DNA of 63,296 bases, the filler included, from Octopus bimaculoides (Eukaryota), in the NCBI RefSeq assembly GCF_001194135.2. It is 3 parts of 3 records of this genome, joined end to end, with 100 filler letters (N's around TTAATTAATTAA, not from the genome) between each part and the next. Parts side by side here need not be neighbours in the genome. Positions count along the whole stretch, not along the records: positions 54,864 to 63,296 come from NC_068987.1; 2 more parts are not named here. One strand, 5' to 3'. A program made the position numbers and the translations under genes. The notes under the pieces were generated by a model. The model was not told where the DNA came from. It ran no database searches and saw nothing but the letters and a program-made list of their open reading frames with translations. Shown piece after piece: positions 60,876 to 63,296 of this stretch (positions within the stretch are counted from its first letter, which is position 1; each line of letters begins with the position of its first letter).

Positions 60876-63034
60876 TTAGCCCCAGGTCAAATTTGACTTA
60901 AGGAAACACATGATCAAACATATTTTAGCTGTATCCATGCCATATTTCTAGAAGTATCGAGCAATACATCCTCCAAAATGTCTGTCATATGTTGCTTGTT
61001 TTTCGGTGGGTGGAGTTAGTTAAGCCGAAGGACTTTATTTGAGGGAGATATGGTTGTATTTTCTAGTAGATCGAATCACTATAACAGAGGCTCCCTCGCT
61101 GGCTCGAAAGCAAAATCGATTGTTGGCAAAGTTAGAAATTGGACATTAGCTTACTCTGAAAGTATAATTTGAACACAAATCGAAATTCAATTATCAAGAC
61201 TATTATCCAAAAAACACAACTGCCATTTTGTGACGATTCAAATTTCAATTTTTGTTTCGTTTTGCTTTTTTAAAAAATTTCTCTTCCGTTCCAAATTTAT
61301 TTCTATAAATTCAAAAATATATCTTAATGGCAGTGGTTTTCTTCTTTATCCTGTTTCCATACAACACTTGAAATCGGTTCGTTATTAGACGGATCCTGTA
61401 GTGTATCAGTGTTGTTCTTCTGTTAGATGTTGCTAACCTTTCGTTTAAACATCTTCGTTCCTGAAGGACGGGGCGCTGTGAGTACACCCTCACAACCCTC
61501 TTTACAGCACAATGTAATCGGTTCTGGGAGACTGAGAGAAAGAGAAAGAGATGTGGCAAGGAGAGAGAAGAATGAGTCAAGTACTTGTTTGGAATTTCAT
61601 TTATCAACATCAGGAGGATGAAAGGCAAAACTGACCTCACCGGGATTTGGACTCCGAATAAGGTTAACTACGATNNNNNNNNNNNNNNNNNNNNNNNNNN
61701 NNNNNNNNNNNNNNNNNNNNNNNNNNNNNNNNNNNNNNNNNNNNNNNNNNNNNNNNNNNNNNNNNNNNNNNNNNNNNNNNNNNNNNNNNNNNNNNNNNNN
61801 NNNNNNNNNNNNNNNNNNNNNNNNNNNNNNNNNNNNNNNNNNNNNNNNNNNNNNNNNNNNNNNNNNNNNNNNNNNNNNNNNNNNNNNNNNNNNNNNNNNN
61901 NNNNNNNNNNNNNNNNNNNNNNNNNNNNNNNNNNNNNNNNNNNNNNNNNNNNNNNNNNNNNNNNNNNNNNNNNNNNNNNNNNNNNNNNNNNNNNNNNNNN
62001 NNNNNNNNNNNNNNNNNNNNNNNNNNNNNNNNNNNNNNNNNNNNNNNNNNNNNNNNNNNNNNNNNNNNNNNNNNNNNNNNNNNNNNNNNNNNNNNNNNNN
62101 NNNNNNNNNNNNNNNNNNNNNNNNNNNNNNNNNNNNNNNNNNNNNNNNNNNNNNNNNNNNNNNNNNNNNNNNNNNNNNNNNNNNNNNNNNNNNNNNNNNN
62201 NNNNNNNNNNNNNNNNNNNNNNNNNNNNNNNNNNNNNNNNNNNNNNNNNNNNNNNNNNNNNNNNNNNNNNNNNNNNNNNNNNNNNNNNNNNNNNNNNGTG
62301 CTGGTGGTGCCGGTGCTGGTGGTGGTGCTGGTGCTGGTGGTGCCGGTGCTGGTGGTGGTGCTGGTGTTATTGCTGCTGCTGCTACTGCTGCCACAGCTGT
62401 TGATTTTGATTACTTCCAGGTCAGCTCTGATCAAGCAGATCAAAGATCAAAGACCCGCGCCCATCCAGTTTTATGTTTTTTGTTGTTGCTTATGTTCAGA
62501 CTTAACATTATCCAATACATAATTCCTTATTTCAGAGAATAAGATATGATTTGAGAGAAACTATGCTGTTATTTCTCGCAGGCTAAAAGACCACAAATAG
62601 GTTCCCTCACTGAACCAAAACCAAAACCACTTCTCAGCATATTCGGTAGGATAAAAATTTAATATCTGTTCTGTTCCAACCAGCTTTAAAATCTGATGTG
62701 TTCTTAATATGAGAACTTCGATTTTAAATTGAATTTTGATTATCGACGAAGATGTTGGTGTTTGTTCCATCTTTGCTATGATCTGATTTCGTATTGCAAA
62801 AATGAGATACGTGTTGTAGCACATGGTTATCTTTACATTTTCCTTGTTTCAGTCACTGGAATGCGACCATTCTAGGGTACCACATTGAAGGGTTTAGTCG
62901 AATAAATCCGACTACTTATATGTTTAAGTCTGGAACTTATTCTATCGACCTTGTTGCCGAACCGCTGTGTTACAGGAGCGTAAACAATTAATACTGGTTG
63001 TCAAACTGTGAGGGAGAACGAACAAACGCATTCA

Positions 63035-63152
<118 letters not shown>

Positions 63153-63296
63153 AACAGAGAGACAAATAGGTTTCTTTATTAGCCACACAGGGCTCAACAC
63201 AGAGGAGACAAAATACAAATGTAGAGTTTTTCTGTTCGAAGGGGGCGAAAACAAAGCAGTAAAAAAAACAAAAGTGGTGACAACGATGAAAAAAAA

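Overview
Repeat-rich, AT-rich animal genomic scaffold with eight N-gaps. The SINE families and microsatellite load look like Octopus/coleoid cephalopod DNA, which is an inference from recalled repeat sequences. One protein-coding gene can be reconstructed by hand: a + strand SPATA17 (IQ-motif spermatogenesis protein) homologue with 8 phase-compatible exons at 30111-43926 and a plausible upstream ATG exon at 28352-28420 (about 314 aa in total). The rest is mostly decayed mobile DNA: a near full-length Penelope-like element with ~495 bp direct repeats, Tx1/L1, R4/Dong, RTE and CR1/L2-type LINE fragments, mariner/Tc1 relics, piggyBac-type MITEs and many tRNA-derived SINEs. The most interesting unexplained structures are (i) a recurring ~200 bp palindromic element with minimal hammerhead-ribozyme cores on both strands, (ii) long fold-backs beside SPATA17 exons that could be ADAR substrates, (iii) a 39-bp inverted match between the last SPATA17 intron and an orphan minus-strand ORF, (iv) a MITE-like element enclosing telomere-type repeats, and (v) a mirror-image composite duplication at 58.5-62.5 kb. 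No clearly novel protein-based system is supported. All alignments and translations were done by eye.
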